A DNA stretch of 64,000 nt from an uncultured Candidatus Saccharibacteria bacterium (GCA_964532005.1 CAZHER010000002.1:8813-72812), one strand, 5' to 3'; positions 1 through 8,768 are shown, counted from the stretch's first letter. The notes: generated from the letters alone by a model not told the origin. Translations and numbers: made by a program.

Positions 1-341
1 TATCAAATCTCACTAAGCGCTTGACTTGAACTTGTGAAAAAGGCTTTCCTTGAGGAGTCATCATAATCACCCGACCACTAGGATTCTTTTTTTTCCAAGC
101 AGTAATAGCCTTGTACAACACGTCAGACCTCAAAACCATTCCCACACCACCTCCGTACGGCCTGTCGTCTACTGTTCCTCTGCGATCTAATCCATAGTCA
201 CGTAAATTTATAGCATCAAATTTTAAAAGTTTGTTTTTTATGGCTCTTTGGACAATTCCAAAAGATGCGTAATCTTGAACGAATTCAGGAAACAATGTTA
301 AAACTGCTATGGTTTTGGTAACAATTCTTTTCTTGGTCATT
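1..341 (-). CDS. trmD: tRNA (guanine37-N1)-methyltransferase TrmD, N-terminal part; 3' end lies beyond the window start
   Basis: The reverse-strand ORF starts with ATG at 339-341. Its translation, MTKKRIVTKTIAVLTLFPEFVQ...LRDYGLDRRGTVDDRPYGGGVGMV...MMTPQGKPFSQ, matches TrmD N-terminal motifs. It is absent from the ORF track because it is truncated by the window edge. Confidence 0.8.
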
Positions 342-404
342 TACATATAAATATTAACATAAAACCCGCAACCAGAGCGGTGCGGGTTTTATTAGTAATG
401 GAAA

Positions 405-782
405 TTAGAGTTTAAAATCGTCGTCGTCCATTGATACTACGTCGTCCTGAGAACCAGCTGAATCAGCACCTTCTCCTGAGGAGTGATCTGATTGCTGGGA
501 GTGGTTGGAACGGCCGTTGTGTCCGCGATGAGAACCTTCAGGTTCATTGATCTTCAAGTTAACGCGTGCTTTGTGCTTGGCGCCAACAACGCGGAGCAAT
601 GTACGAACAGCTTTTGCAGTCTGACCCATACGACCAATTACTTGGCCCATATCAGCAGGGTTGATGAACAGAGTAATAAGAACTCCCATTTCATCTACAG
701 TGCGTTCTGTACGAACATCATCTGGATTATCCACTAAGGATTTGACAATGTACTCAACAAATTCTTGATCTTGTTCTGGCAT
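405..782 (-). CDS. KH-domain RNA-binding protein (YlqC/KhpA-like), normally encoded next to rpsP/trmD
   Basis: The 125-aa product carries a GxxG-type KH motif (VIGRMGQTAKAVRTL) and a Ser/His/Asp-rich tail. Its position beside trmD matches the conserved rpsP-KH-(rimM)-trmD cluster. Confidence 0.75.
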   Translation of the reverse strand: MPEQDQEFVEYIVKSLVDNPDDVRTERTVDEMGVLITLFINPADMGQVIGRMGQTAKAVRTLLRVVGAKHKARVNLKINEPEGSHRGHNGRSNHSQQSDHSSGEGADSAGSQDDVVSMDDDDFKL

Positions 783-853
783 TATCTTAGATTTCCGTTG
801 TTTTGATATATTACTTACTTTCGACCTTTCTGAAAATTTTCTTTCCTGATGAT

Positions 854-882
854 ATTATAAGTAGCTTATTGTAGTGTGTCAA
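854..882 (-). promoter_or_regulatory. consensus sigma70-like promoter on the minus strand (TTGACA-17-TATAAT) driving the KH/trmD genes
   Basis: The reverse complement of 854-882 reads ttgaca cactacaataagctact tataat. It sits immediately downstream of the stop of the 352-aa surface-protein gene. Confidence 0.5.
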
Positions 883-890
883 TCTGCGAA

Positions 891-1506
891 TTAATTCCCC
901 TGTCCTTGGACAGTAATGGTTTTAGGAAGTCTTGTCTGGGGGGTAGAAAGCTGTCCTTGGGGAACAGCAGAAGTATTGCCAATAGTGAGGGTAACAGAAG
1001 AACCGCAGGCAATCTGGGAATTGGAGAAAGTGTAGGTCAGATTAGTATATTCACTGGTAGCAGAAAGGTTTTGAATGGGACCAGAGAACCCTCCGGTGCA
1101 AGTGGCAGACACAGTATAGGTAGGACTGGTACCTTTGAGGGTGTCAGTGGTGGCTGGAGTAATGGTCAAGTCAAATCCTGGAGGTGGAGGTGGGGTTGGA
1201 TTGACCACCAGCTGTCCAATACAATCATGAGTTTGTCCTCCTCCTGTTCCAGTGAAGGTTATGGTATATGTGTTGGCAGGTGTACTCCCTGTGGTAGACA
1301 CTGCAGCTGTGGTGGTGGCGTCTGGGAATTGATTGTTGTTGGAAAAGTTGATGGAAGGACCGTTGGCTACGTTGGGAACCACTGAGGCAGAGAAGTTTAC
1401 TTGAGAATTAAAGCCGTTTACTCCGGTGGTGGATAGGGCGTAGGTGGTTGCTCCTCCTACCACGATGGATTGGGTGGATGGAGAGCAGGAGAGGGTGAAG
1501 TCGGGA
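891..1506. repeat. direct repeat copy 1 (~616 bp), identical to 5827-6442
   Basis: The minus-strand protein and the antisense plus-strand ORFs 876..1385 and 5842..6321 give identical translations across this region. Two identical reading frames imply nucleotide identity. Divergence begins at 1507 (c) versus 6443 (t). Confidence 0.8.
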
Positions 1507-1949
1507 CCATTGGATACTACTGTAATGTCAACATTTCCATATATTGTTTCGCATTCTCCGCCTGAGTCAAAAATAGCCTCTATTTGTGTTGTAAAAGTGT
1601 AAGGAAAAGATGTGCCAGGAAAAGAAGTGGCGTCATAGTTCTGAGTTGCATATTCAGTTACTGATCCACCATTAGAGCACCAGTTTGTTCCTTGGTATAC
1701 GCTATCAAAACTTACACCTGAAGAACTGCTAACCACGGCAGGTTTACAAGCCCCGGCAAAAGGCCCGCGCATCTCCACTGTAATAGCGCCAGTTTGCCCA
1801 GCTGTTACTTCATACGGCCCTCCACACACTTCTTGAGCTTGGGCTTCCATAGTCGGTTGAATATCGAGGGTGATATTTATGAAAGAGAAAACAAACGAAA
1901 ACACCAAAGCCACTATGGCTAACTTAGTAGGTTTTTTAATTTTTTGCAT
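891..1949 (-). CDS. secreted repeat-domain surface protein, 352 aa; C-terminal ~205 aa identical to the paralog at 5827-6897
   Basis: It has an N-terminal signal peptide (MQKIKKPTKLAIVALVFSFVFSF). The Thr/Ser/Gly-rich beta-type repeat domain (DFTLSCSPSTQSIVVGG...GTGGGQTHDC) also occurs three times in the giant neighbour. The protein ends PPPPPGFDL...GQGN. Confidence 0.6.
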   Translation of the reverse strand: MQKIKKPTKLAIVALVFSFVFSFINITLDIQPTMEAQAQEVCGGPYEVTAGQTGAITVEMRGPFAGACKPAVVSSSSGVSFDSVYQGTNWCSNGGSVTEYATQNYDATSFPGTSFPYTFTTQIEAIFDSGGECETIYGNVDITVVSNGPDFTLSCSPSTQSIVVGGATTYALSTTGVNGFNSQVNFSASVVPNVANGPSINFSNNNQFPDATTTAAVSTTGSTPANTYTITFTGTGGGQTHDCIGQLVVNPTPPPPPGFDLTITPATTDTLKGTSPTYTVSATCTGGFSGPIQNLSATSEYTNLTYTFSNSQIACGSSVTLTIGNTSAVPQGQLSTPQTRLPKTITVQGQGN

Positions 1950-1985
1950 ATTTATAGATATCTAACAATGTTCCTTATTTTGATA

Positions 1986-4900
1986 TTAAGGAGCGATTTC
2001 GTTACGATCAGGATTACCGCTGGTATCAGTAAACTGATATAAAGGAGTTGAAACCATCTTGTCAGCCAAGTTAGTAGAGTCAATTATGGCTCTGTTTTGG
2101 AAGCGATAGAATGAACTAGTAGTACCAGGCTTAGTAACTTTGGCTGTAAAAGTAATACTGCAAGTTCCGCCGGCAGAGACATCGCCAACTGTAAAGTCTA
2201 CACCACCGGAAACAAGAGAATGACTACCAGCGCTACATCCGGAATAACTAATCCCGCTGACATCAGAAAGGTTGGTCAAGGTATCCCTTACCACAACTCC
2301 GGTAACAGGAGAGTCCCCACTATTACATACATTGATCTTGAACGTTACTAGATCACCCACTTTGAAAGATTTGTTGCCATTCAAAGTTACAGGCTCATGC
2401 TCTCCACTGCACGCCTGCGAGCTGCTACTCATACCAACAGGACTAACTGCAATAATATCCTTGTCGGAAGTAGAAAGATTTGGTGTACAAGGCCTTACAT
2501 ATACAGGACCGCCAGATTTCTTAGCAGATTCTGAAGCTCCATTCATAGCTGTTACTGCATAATAATAATTTCCGGTCGAAGGGGTATCTGTATAGGTTCT
2601 TGGCGAAGTCGGTAATGGGTCTGTAGTGTTAATATGAGTGCCCCAACTCGAACCGTCAGTAGAACGATATATTCTATAACCGGTAGGTGCAGGCCCTGAA
2701 CTTGGTGCGCTCCAAGTTATTAAAGCTGCTTGGCAAGCGGAAACATCAATAGACATTGAAGCTGGAGGCTCAGGCGACCCTGTAACATTAACAGTTATAC
2801 TATCGCTGGCACTGCCACCCGGGCCACTACAATCTACGGTGTAAGTTGTTGTGGAACTAAGAGACCCTGTTGACTGTGAACCGGAAATTCCAGTCCACCC
2901 TGCTGGGCTTACTGTACAAGAATTCGCATTGGTAGAACCCCAGTCTATGGTCGCACTACTGCCTGAGCTTATTGTGATATCACTAGAACTTCCGTCCGCA
3001 GTAATCCATGCGGTAGGAGGAGTATTGCCATTGATAGTGAGTTCGACTCCACCGGGACAGCTATGAGTTTTTCCACCGCCGGTGCCACTAAAGACAATTG
3101 TGTACGTGCCTGGAGCAGTCGAGCCATTTGTAGAAACCAACGCGCTGGTAGTTGCCGGGGGTACTTGGTTGTTGTTTGTAAAACTGACTGAAGGGCCGTT
3201 AGCAATATCAGGATCAATTGACCCGACGCTGAACTGCACCTGACTGGAAAATCCATTTACCGGAGTTGTTCTTAAGCTGAATACTGCTGTATCACCAACG
3301 GCAATAGATTGAGTTGCTGGCGTACATTCAAGGTCAAAATCTGGCGTTCCTGGCGGAACTACATTTACTGTTACATTATCTGTTGCGTCACCGCCTGTAC
3401 AAGTTACAACATATTCTGTAGTTGACATAAGTGATTTCTCAGTATAAGTACCTGAAGTACCTGTTTGGTCAATTGGGGTTACAATACAGTCGGTTGTATT
3501 TTCAGACCACCAATCTATAACCACTTCTGATCCCTCATCAACAGTAATTGAGCCACCTTGACCATTGGCTGTAATATTGGCTGTTGCAGATGCTATCGGA
3601 TCTACTATTAACTCAACTGAACATTGCTGGGTTTTACCGCCGCCGGTGCCGCTAAAGACAATTGTGTACGTGCCGGTTTGTGTTGAAGCATTTGTTAGGA
3701 CTAAAGCTGTGGTGGTTGCCGGAGGCACTTGGTTGTTGTTGGTAAAGCTTATTGAGGGCGGGTTCCCTACATCTGGATCCATAGAATAAACACTAAATTG
3801 CACCTGGCTATTAAAGCCGTTCATGGCTGTTGTTGAAAGACTGTATGATGTACTGCCACCAACTGTAATTGTCCTTGATGCAGGAGTGCAAACTAAAGTA
3901 AAATCAGGATTTGGATTAACGTTTACAATCACCGTGTCATTATCACTGCCTCCAGGGCCGGTACAGGTCAAGGTGTATATATATTGTGTATTTGTGAGAC
4001 TGCTTTGATCCTCACCAGGAGTTGGATAGTTATTTAAAGCTTTACTACCGCTCCAGTCCCCTGATGCTGTGCAAGAAGTTGCATTAGTAGAAGTCCACGT
4101 TAAATTAGCTGTACCGTTGTAGGCAACAGTTGTGCTTGGTCTGTCACCGTTTGCATACAAAGTCACTATTGGAGCGTCAAAACCGTCAATATCTAAAGTT
4201 ACTTGGCACTGATGACTTTTGCCACCGCCTGTAGCGGTAAATGTTATTGTGTACAAAGCTGGCGTTGTACTTCCAGTTGTACTTATTATGGCTGTTGTAG
4301 TTGCCGGAGGTACTTGGTTATTTCCTGAAAAACTAATCGAAGGGCCATTTGCCCCATTGTCGGGCAAGACTGATGAACTCACAGTCACAGCGCTATTAAA
4401 CCCGCCGTAAGCTGAAGTTGAAATTGCAAAAGATGTTGAGTCACCAACCGTGATTGTTCTTGTAGCTGGAGTACAAGATATAGCAAAATCGTTCCCCACA
4501 GTAACCACTACACTGTCAGAGTCGCTGCCTCCTGGGCCAGAACAATCCATGGTGTACGTGGTTGTTGTGGTTAATGGTCCTGTTGTGTTCGGTCCTCCGG
4601 AAGTACCGCTCCAACTTACACTGGGTGCTGGACTTGAGGTAACGGTACAAGACGTTGCATTGACAGATGTCCAACTAATTAATGCTGAGCTGTTATAGTC
4701 AATGTTGCAACTGTCAGCATCATTACACTTAATGTCAGCATTTGGACCAACAATTACTTGAACACTGTCATTGGCAGTACCGCCCGGGCCGGTACAGCTA
4801 AGGCTGTAAGTTGTGTTCGCTGTTAAATTACCTGTTGTCTGGGAACCTGAAGTTCCTGTCCAGTTTGAAGGAGCAACCGTACATGATGTTGCGTCTTGTG

Positions 4901-5810
4901 AACTCCAGGCAATAGTAGCAGAAGAATCATACGGTATAGTACATGTGTCATTTAAACCATTGCATGTGATACTTGCCTGTGGAACATTTGGATTTACAGT
5001 TAGAGTTACTGTCTTAACTGTAGTTGTTGCGCCACCATATCCGGTACATTGAATACTGTAGGTACCAGATGTATTTATACCAGTACTTTGTGTGTATGTT
5101 GTACCTGGGGTACTGCTCTTTGTTCCATTCCAACTACTGTTAGTAGGGTTAGAAGTGGCTGTACAAGCAGTTCCGCTTTGAGTGGCAGTTGGAGTCCAAG
5201 CCAAAGTTGCAGTTTGACCACTTTGAATGGTTGCGCTGCTGCCGCCGTTTATTGTCAGACTAACGTCAGGAGTATCATAAATTGCCAGTTCTGTTGTAGC
5301 GCTGTCATACAAAGGACCGCCATCAACTGTAATGCTTAAAAAAATTGAAGAACTTTCATCTCCGTAGTGAGGTGGGTTATCAGTGCATACATTCTCAAAA
5401 ACGCTTCCACTAAAAATGGCGTTGTCGTAAATTGCTGGGGCTGTCCAAATATTGGACATTCCCGGGTTAGGATTAGGTGAATAAGTATGTTCTGAATGTG
5501 TATAAGCACCGGAGACGTAATATCTGCCCATAGTAAAAGATGGGGTACCGGAAGTGGTCATTGTATATCGCACTACCGCTCCATAAGGAATTTGAATTTC
5601 ATACCCTCCGTCCATAGGATCACTTCCTATGTCAGTATAGTTACCAATGACTTGTCCAGTTGAGGTATTATAAAGTTCTAAATCTAAATCAATTCCGCTA
5701 CATAAATCGTTTGCTTGTGCTGGTTTGTCACTATAGAAGTAGAGCGCTGATGTCATGGCCACCACAGCTAAGGCGAGGAAAATTTTTATTTTTTGCATTT
5801 TATTTTTCAT
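1986..5810 (-). CDS. giant secreted surface protein (1274 aa) with three A+B Ig-like repeat units, an FN3 domain and a C-terminal DUF11-like domain
   Basis: It has a signal peptide (MKNKMQKIKIFLALAVVAMTSA). Repeat A (DFxLxCTPAxxxIxVGxxxxxxLxTxxxNGFxSxVxFS...NNQVPPATT...GTYTIxFxGTGGGKxH) occurs three times. Repeat B (W.S.NATSCT...W.G.SG....L...TTY...C.GPGG..D.V.V) occurs about six times. An FN3-like segment reads PTGYRIYRS...YYYAVTAMN. The C-terminal segment VGDLVTFKINVCNSGDSPVTGVVVRDTL resembles a DUF11/conserved-repeat domain. Confidence 0.65.
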   Translation of the reverse strand: MKNKMQKIKIFLALAVVAMTSALYFYSDKPAQANDLCSGIDLDLELYNTSTGQVIGNYTDIGSDPMDGGYEIQIPYGAVVRYTMTTSGTPSFTMGRYYVSGAYTHSEHTYSPNPNPGMSNIWTAPAIYDNAIFSGSVFENVCTDNPPHYGDESSSIFLSITVDGGPLYDSATTELAIYDTPDVSLTINGGSSATIQSGQTATLAWTPTATQSGTACTATSNPTNSSWNGTKSSTPGTTYTQSTGINTSGTYSIQCTGYGGATTTVKTVTLTVNPNVPQASITCNGLNDTCTIPYDSSATIAWSSQDATSCTVAPSNWTGTSGSQTTGNLTANTTYSLSCTGPGGTANDSVQVIVGPNADIKCNDADSCNIDYNSSALISWTSVNATSCTVTSSPAPSVSWSGTSGGPNTTGPLTTTTTYTMDCSGPGGSDSDSVVVTVGNDFAISCTPATRTITVGDSTSFAISTSAYGGFNSAVTVSSSVLPDNGANGPSISFSGNNQVPPATTTAIISTTGSTTPALYTITFTATGGGKSHQCQVTLDIDGFDAPIVTLYANGDRPSTTVAYNGTANLTWTSTNATSCTASGDWSGSKALNNYPTPGEDQSSLTNTQYIYTLTCTGPGGSDNDTVIVNVNPNPDFTLVCTPASRTITVGGSTSYSLSTTAMNGFNSQVQFSVYSMDPDVGNPPSISFTNNNQVPPATTTALVLTNASTQTGTYTIVFSGTGGGKTQQCSVELIVDPIASATANITANGQGGSITVDEGSEVVIDWWSENTTDCIVTPIDQTGTSGTYTEKSLMSTTEYVVTCTGGDATDNVTVNVVPPGTPDFDLECTPATQSIAVGDTAVFSLRTTPVNGFSSQVQFSVGSIDPDIANGPSVSFTNNNQVPPATTSALVSTNGSTAPGTYTIVFSGTGGGKTHSCPGGVELTINGNTPPTAWITADGSSSDITISSGSSATIDWGSTNANSCTVSPAGWTGISGSQSTGSLSSTTTYTVDCSGPGGSASDSITVNVTGSPEPPASMSIDVSACQAALITWSAPSSGPAPTGYRIYRSTDGSSWGTHINTTDPLPTSPRTYTDTPSTGNYYYAVTAMNGASESAKKSGGPVYVRPCTPNLSTSDKDIIAVSPVGMSSSSQACSGEHEPVTLNGNKSFKVGDLVTFKINVCNSGDSPVTGVVVRDTLTNLSDVSGISYSGCSAGSHSLVSGGVDFTVGDVSAGGTCSITFTAKVTKPGTTSSFYRFQNRAIIDSTNLADKMVSTPLYQFTDTSGNPDRNEIAP

Positions 5811-5826
5811 CTAAAAAATAGATTAA

Positions 5827-6442
5827 TTAATTCCCCTGTCCTTGGACAGTAATGGTTTTAGGAAGTCTTGTCTGGGGGGTAGAAAGCTGTCCTTGGGGAA
5901 CAGCAGAAGTATTGCCAATAGTGAGGGTAACAGAAGAACCGCAGGCAATCTGGGAATTGGAGAAAGTGTAGGTCAGATTAGTATATTCACTGGTAGCAGA
6001 AAGGTTTTGAATGGGACCAGAGAACCCTCCGGTGCAAGTGGCAGACACAGTATAGGTAGGACTGGTACCTTTGAGGGTGTCAGTGGTGGCTGGAGTAATG
6101 GTCAAGTCAAATCCTGGAGGTGGAGGTGGGGTTGGATTGACCACCAGCTGTCCAATACAATCATGAGTTTGTCCTCCTCCTGTTCCAGTGAAGGTTATGG
6201 TATATGTGTTGGCAGGTGTACTCCCTGTGGTAGACACTGCAGCTGTGGTGGTGGCGTCTGGGAATTGATTGTTGTTGGAAAAGTTGATGGAAGGACCGTT
6301 GGCTACGTTGGGAACCACTGAGGCAGAGAAGTTTACTTGAGAATTAAAGCCGTTTACTCCGGTGGTGGATAGGGCGTAGGTGGTTGCTCCTCCTACCACG
6401 ATGGATTGGGTGGATGGAGAGCAGGAGAGGGTGAAGTCGGGA
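5827..6442. repeat. direct repeat copy 2 (~616 bp), identical to 891-1506
   Basis: See copy 1. Both copies begin with ttaattcccctgtccttggacag. Confidence 0.8.
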
Positions 6443-6897
6443 TCGTTACTTGCCACTATAACATAGACATCATTACAGGTTAATGTACCAGACCAATCTG
6501 CCTGGATATCTACATAAACTGGGAGCGCATATGTTCCCGGAGTTATATTTGGGTCTACATCAAATTCCCATACATTTGTACCAGAACCAAATGTACTTGT
6601 AGGGTTATATGTTGTTGTAATCCCGCTTGGATAACTGGTTGGCCCTACATAAAACCAAGCCTGTCCTCCCCCTTCATTTGGAATCGGAGGGACAAATTCC
6701 CAAGCCCATGAAACTCCATAATGCTGACCTGGATCTGCATTCATACTGTCATTACCGACAGCTCCTAAACCTACTATGCATTGATATCCACCATTATCAG
6801 CTTGAGCGTTGTTTATTCCAACTACTGGGAATACAGAAAACACCAAAGCCAATAAGGTTAGTTTTATAATATTTTGAACATACCCTTTGGGTCTCAT
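5827..6897 (-). CDS. secreted surface protein, 356 aa; unique N-terminal domain plus the shared C-terminal repeat domain
   Basis: It has a signal peptide (MRPKGYVQNIIKLTLLALVFSVFPVVGINNAQA). The C-terminal ~205 aa are identical to the 891..1949 product. A 16-bp gap separates it from the giant gene, implying co-transcription. Confidence 0.6.
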   Translation of the reverse strand: MRPKGYVQNIIKLTLLALVFSVFPVVGINNAQADNGGYQCIVGLGAVGNDSMNADPGQHYGVSWAWEFVPPIPNEGGGQAWFYVGPTSYPSGITTTYNPTSTFGSGTNVWEFDVDPNITPGTYALPVYVDIQADWSGTLTCNDVYVIVASNDPDFTLSCSPSTQSIVVGGATTYALSTTGVNGFNSQVNFSASVVPNVANGPSINFSNNNQFPDATTTAAVSTTGSTPANTYTITFTGTGGGQTHDCIGQLVVNPTPPPPPGFDLTITPATTDTLKGTSPTYTVSATCTGGFSGPIQNLSATSEYTNLTYTFSNSQIACGSSVTLTIGNTSAVPQGQLSTPQTRLPKTITVQGQGN

Positions 6898-6918
6898 GGC
6901 TATGGTGCTTCTAAAATT

Positions 6919-7446
6919 TTACTTTTGTTGTGTAGATTTTTTTGCAGCGCCGACTCCAGAAGTATCTGTAAGTGTAATATCTACTGTTTTAACTTTGGTA
7001 ACACTATTCTCGTTCATATTGACTTGGAGTCTAGCATCGCCGTTGGTTCCTAACAAAGACTTAATAGTTGCTTCGTTCAGATTGCTTTCAATCTTCCAAC
7101 CGTTATTTTTCATATAATCTGAATAAATCTTGTAGTTAGCTTCTAAAGTCTTGGATGTTTCAAAAGTCCTGGTTGCTTGAAAACGGCCGTCTGCAGCAGT
7201 AGCATTGTAGTTCTGGGTAATCTTGGCCCCTTCTTCTATAGGAATATCTTTAGGGAACTTGTCTGGCACCTCTTTAGTAGGAATATTCTTCTTTTCGCTA
7301 ATTACAGGAGCTGGGGCGTTGTTTACTTGGCCGGATGGCTTTCTTTCAGTTTGAGAATATACCCAAATCAAAGCTGCAAATGCGAGAACGATTATACATA
7401 GCACTATGATGGCTGCGAAAGCCAAATGGTTTCGAATGTAGTTCAT
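6919..7446 (-). CDS. N-terminally membrane-anchored hypothetical protein (175 aa), first gene of the surface-protein cassette
   Basis: It has a single N-terminal TM segment (LAFAAIIVLCIIVLAFAALIWVY) followed by a hydrophilic domain. No motif was recognised. Confidence 0.45.
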   Translation of the reverse strand: MNYIRNHLAFAAIIVLCIIVLAFAALIWVYSQTERKPSGQVNNAPAPVISEKKNIPTKEVPDKFPKDIPIEEGAKITQNYNATAADGRFQATRTFETSKTLEANYKIYSDYMKNNGWKIESNLNEATIKSLLGTNGDARLQVNMNENSVTKVKTVDITLTDTSGVGAAKKSTQQK

Positions 7447-7503
7447 TTATTTTTATTAATTTTTATTAAGTTTTTATTTCGAAAAATAAATAATGTTATA
7501 TAT

Positions 7504-7532
7504 ATTGTAGCATATCTGGAGAAAAAAATCAA
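7504..7532 (-). promoter_or_regulatory. putative promoter (TTGATT-17-TGcTACAAT, extended -10) for the surface-protein cassette
   Basis: The reverse complement reads ttgatt tttttctccagatatgc tacaat. It lies between the rpsP terminator and the 175-aa gene start. Confidence 0.35.
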
Positions 7533-7543
7533 ATCTTTCCATT

Positions 7544-7575
7544 AAAAAAATCCGCTTTTCTATTAAAGCGGATTT
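7544..7575 (-). terminator. Rho-independent terminator downstream of rpsP
   Basis: On the minus strand the hairpin aaatccgcttt-aatag-aaagcggattt is followed by a U-run. Confidence 0.5.
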
Positions 7576-7590
7576 TCATTCCAAGAAAAA

Positions 7591-8076
7591 TTAAGCTTGT
7601 TCCGATTTAGCCTCTTCTTCTACAGCTACTTCTGGGCTGTTCTCTGGTTCCGAACTTGTTGTTTCTGTGGCTACTTCGGTCTCTACAGGTAGTGGCTCTG
7701 CTGTTTCGGCGACTTCTTCAGAAACTGACTCTACAGGAGCGGCTGCTGCGGCTTCGGCATCTGCCTTAGCTTTGGCTTCTTCTTCGGCTTTTTTTGCTCT
7801 TACTTTGGTAGGGATCAAAAAAGCGCGTTTTTTGTCTGCTTGTAAAAGATTTTTGCTAATCAGAAGGTTATTAAGTGTAGGAGATATAGAAACATGCTGT
7901 TCAACCCAATATTTCAAGCGGGCTTCATCTTTTACTGCAAATTCCTTTGTTCTAGGGTTATAATTTCCTAATATCTCAATAAATTTCTTATTAGCAGCTG
8001 CAGTACTTTCAGCCAATATTATGCGAAATTCGGGCTTATTCTTTTTTCCGGCGCGTTGTAAGCGAAGAGTTAACAT
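7591..8076 (-). CDS. rpsP: 30S ribosomal protein S16 with a ~75-aa Ala/Glu-rich C-terminal extension
   Basis: The product begins MLTLRLQRAGKKNKPEFRIILAESTAAANKKFIEILGNYNP, a typical S16 N-terminus. At 161 aa it is roughly twice the canonical length. Confidence 0.85.
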   Translation of the reverse strand: MLTLRLQRAGKKNKPEFRIILAESTAAANKKFIEILGNYNPRTKEFAVKDEARLKYWVEQHVSISPTLNNLLISKNLLQADKKRAFLIPTKVRAKKAEEEAKAKADAEAAAAAPVESVSEEVAETAEPLPVETEVATETTSSEPENSPEVAVEEEAKSEQA

Positions 8077-8147
8077 CTAATTGATTAAAAATGTATTAAT
8101 TAACTTTGATATTCTAGCACCAAACCATGCTTAGGTCAAGATTAAGC

Positions 8148-8759
8148 CTATTTATTGCGAAAATGCCTTATAATCCACCAAACAAGGAAAACAACTAGCA
8201 AAACCACTATCACGTAGTCTAGCCAATGGTATTGTTCTCTAACCGAAATCCAGGCTGTTCCCAATTTTGCTCCTAAATAAGCCAAAAAATAGCTCCACAA
8301 AAATGAACCAACAAAAGAATAAAAAAGGAATTTTCCAAAGTTTACTCTAGCAACTCCTGCTGGAACAGAAATAAATGTCCTAACCACTGGTAAAAGTCTG
8401 CCAATGAAGGAAGAAATTAAGCCAAACCGAGCGAAAAAACGGTCAGAAACTTCTAAATCATGATGAGAAACCAAAATATACTTGCCGTACTTTTGAATAA
8501 ATGGGCGACCGCCATATCTGCCAACTGCATATGTGACAGCAGAACCAATGGCACTACCAATTCCTCCTGCCAAGGCAACTCCAAACAATGTAAACCTTCC
8601 TTCGCTTACCAAAAACCCAGAAAAAGGCATTATAATCTCTGATGGTAAAGGAATAGCTGCAGACTCAATAGCCATTAGCAACGCAACCCCTGGATAGCCG
8701 GCAGAAGAAATTACATTAATAATGAAATTTGTCAGGGCCGAAATAATTTCAGAAATCAT
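8148..8759 (-). CDS. DedA/SNARE-associated (VTT-domain) membrane protein
   Basis: The motif GYPGVALLMAIESAAIPLPSEIIMPFSGFLV and the multi-TM profile fit the DedA family. Confidence 0.7.
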   Translation of the reverse strand: MISEIISALTNFIINVISSAGYPGVALLMAIESAAIPLPSEIIMPFSGFLVSEGRFTLFGVALAGGIGSAIGSAVTYAVGRYGGRPFIQKYGKYILVSHHDLEVSDRFFARFGLISSFIGRLLPVVRTFISVPAGVARVNFGKFLFYSFVGSFLWSYFLAYLGAKLGTAWISVREQYHWLDYVIVVLLVVFLVWWIIRHFRNK

Positions 8760-8768
8760 GCAGTAAAT

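Noticed and set aside
876-1385. Plus-strand ORFs 876..1385 and 5842..6321 (169 and 159 aa) inside the surface-protein genes
   Set aside because: They are antisense ORFs within Gly/Ser/Thr-rich coding repeats. Their low-complexity translation is what I would expect from the reverse frame of such sequence. They are identical only because they sit in the 616-bp repeat. I used them as evidence of nucleotide identity, not as genes.
2272-5339. Multiple 60-100-aa plus-strand ORFs inside the 1274-aa gene
   Set aside because: They are antisense shadows of a long, compositionally biased CDS.
891-6442. Possible CRISPR array or DGR template/variable repeats suggested by the repeated sequence
   Set aside because: The repeats are long (616 bp), protein-coding, only two copies, and perfect. 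I saw no short spacer-separated repeats, no cas genes and no reverse transcriptase. I saw no A-to-N mutational pattern.
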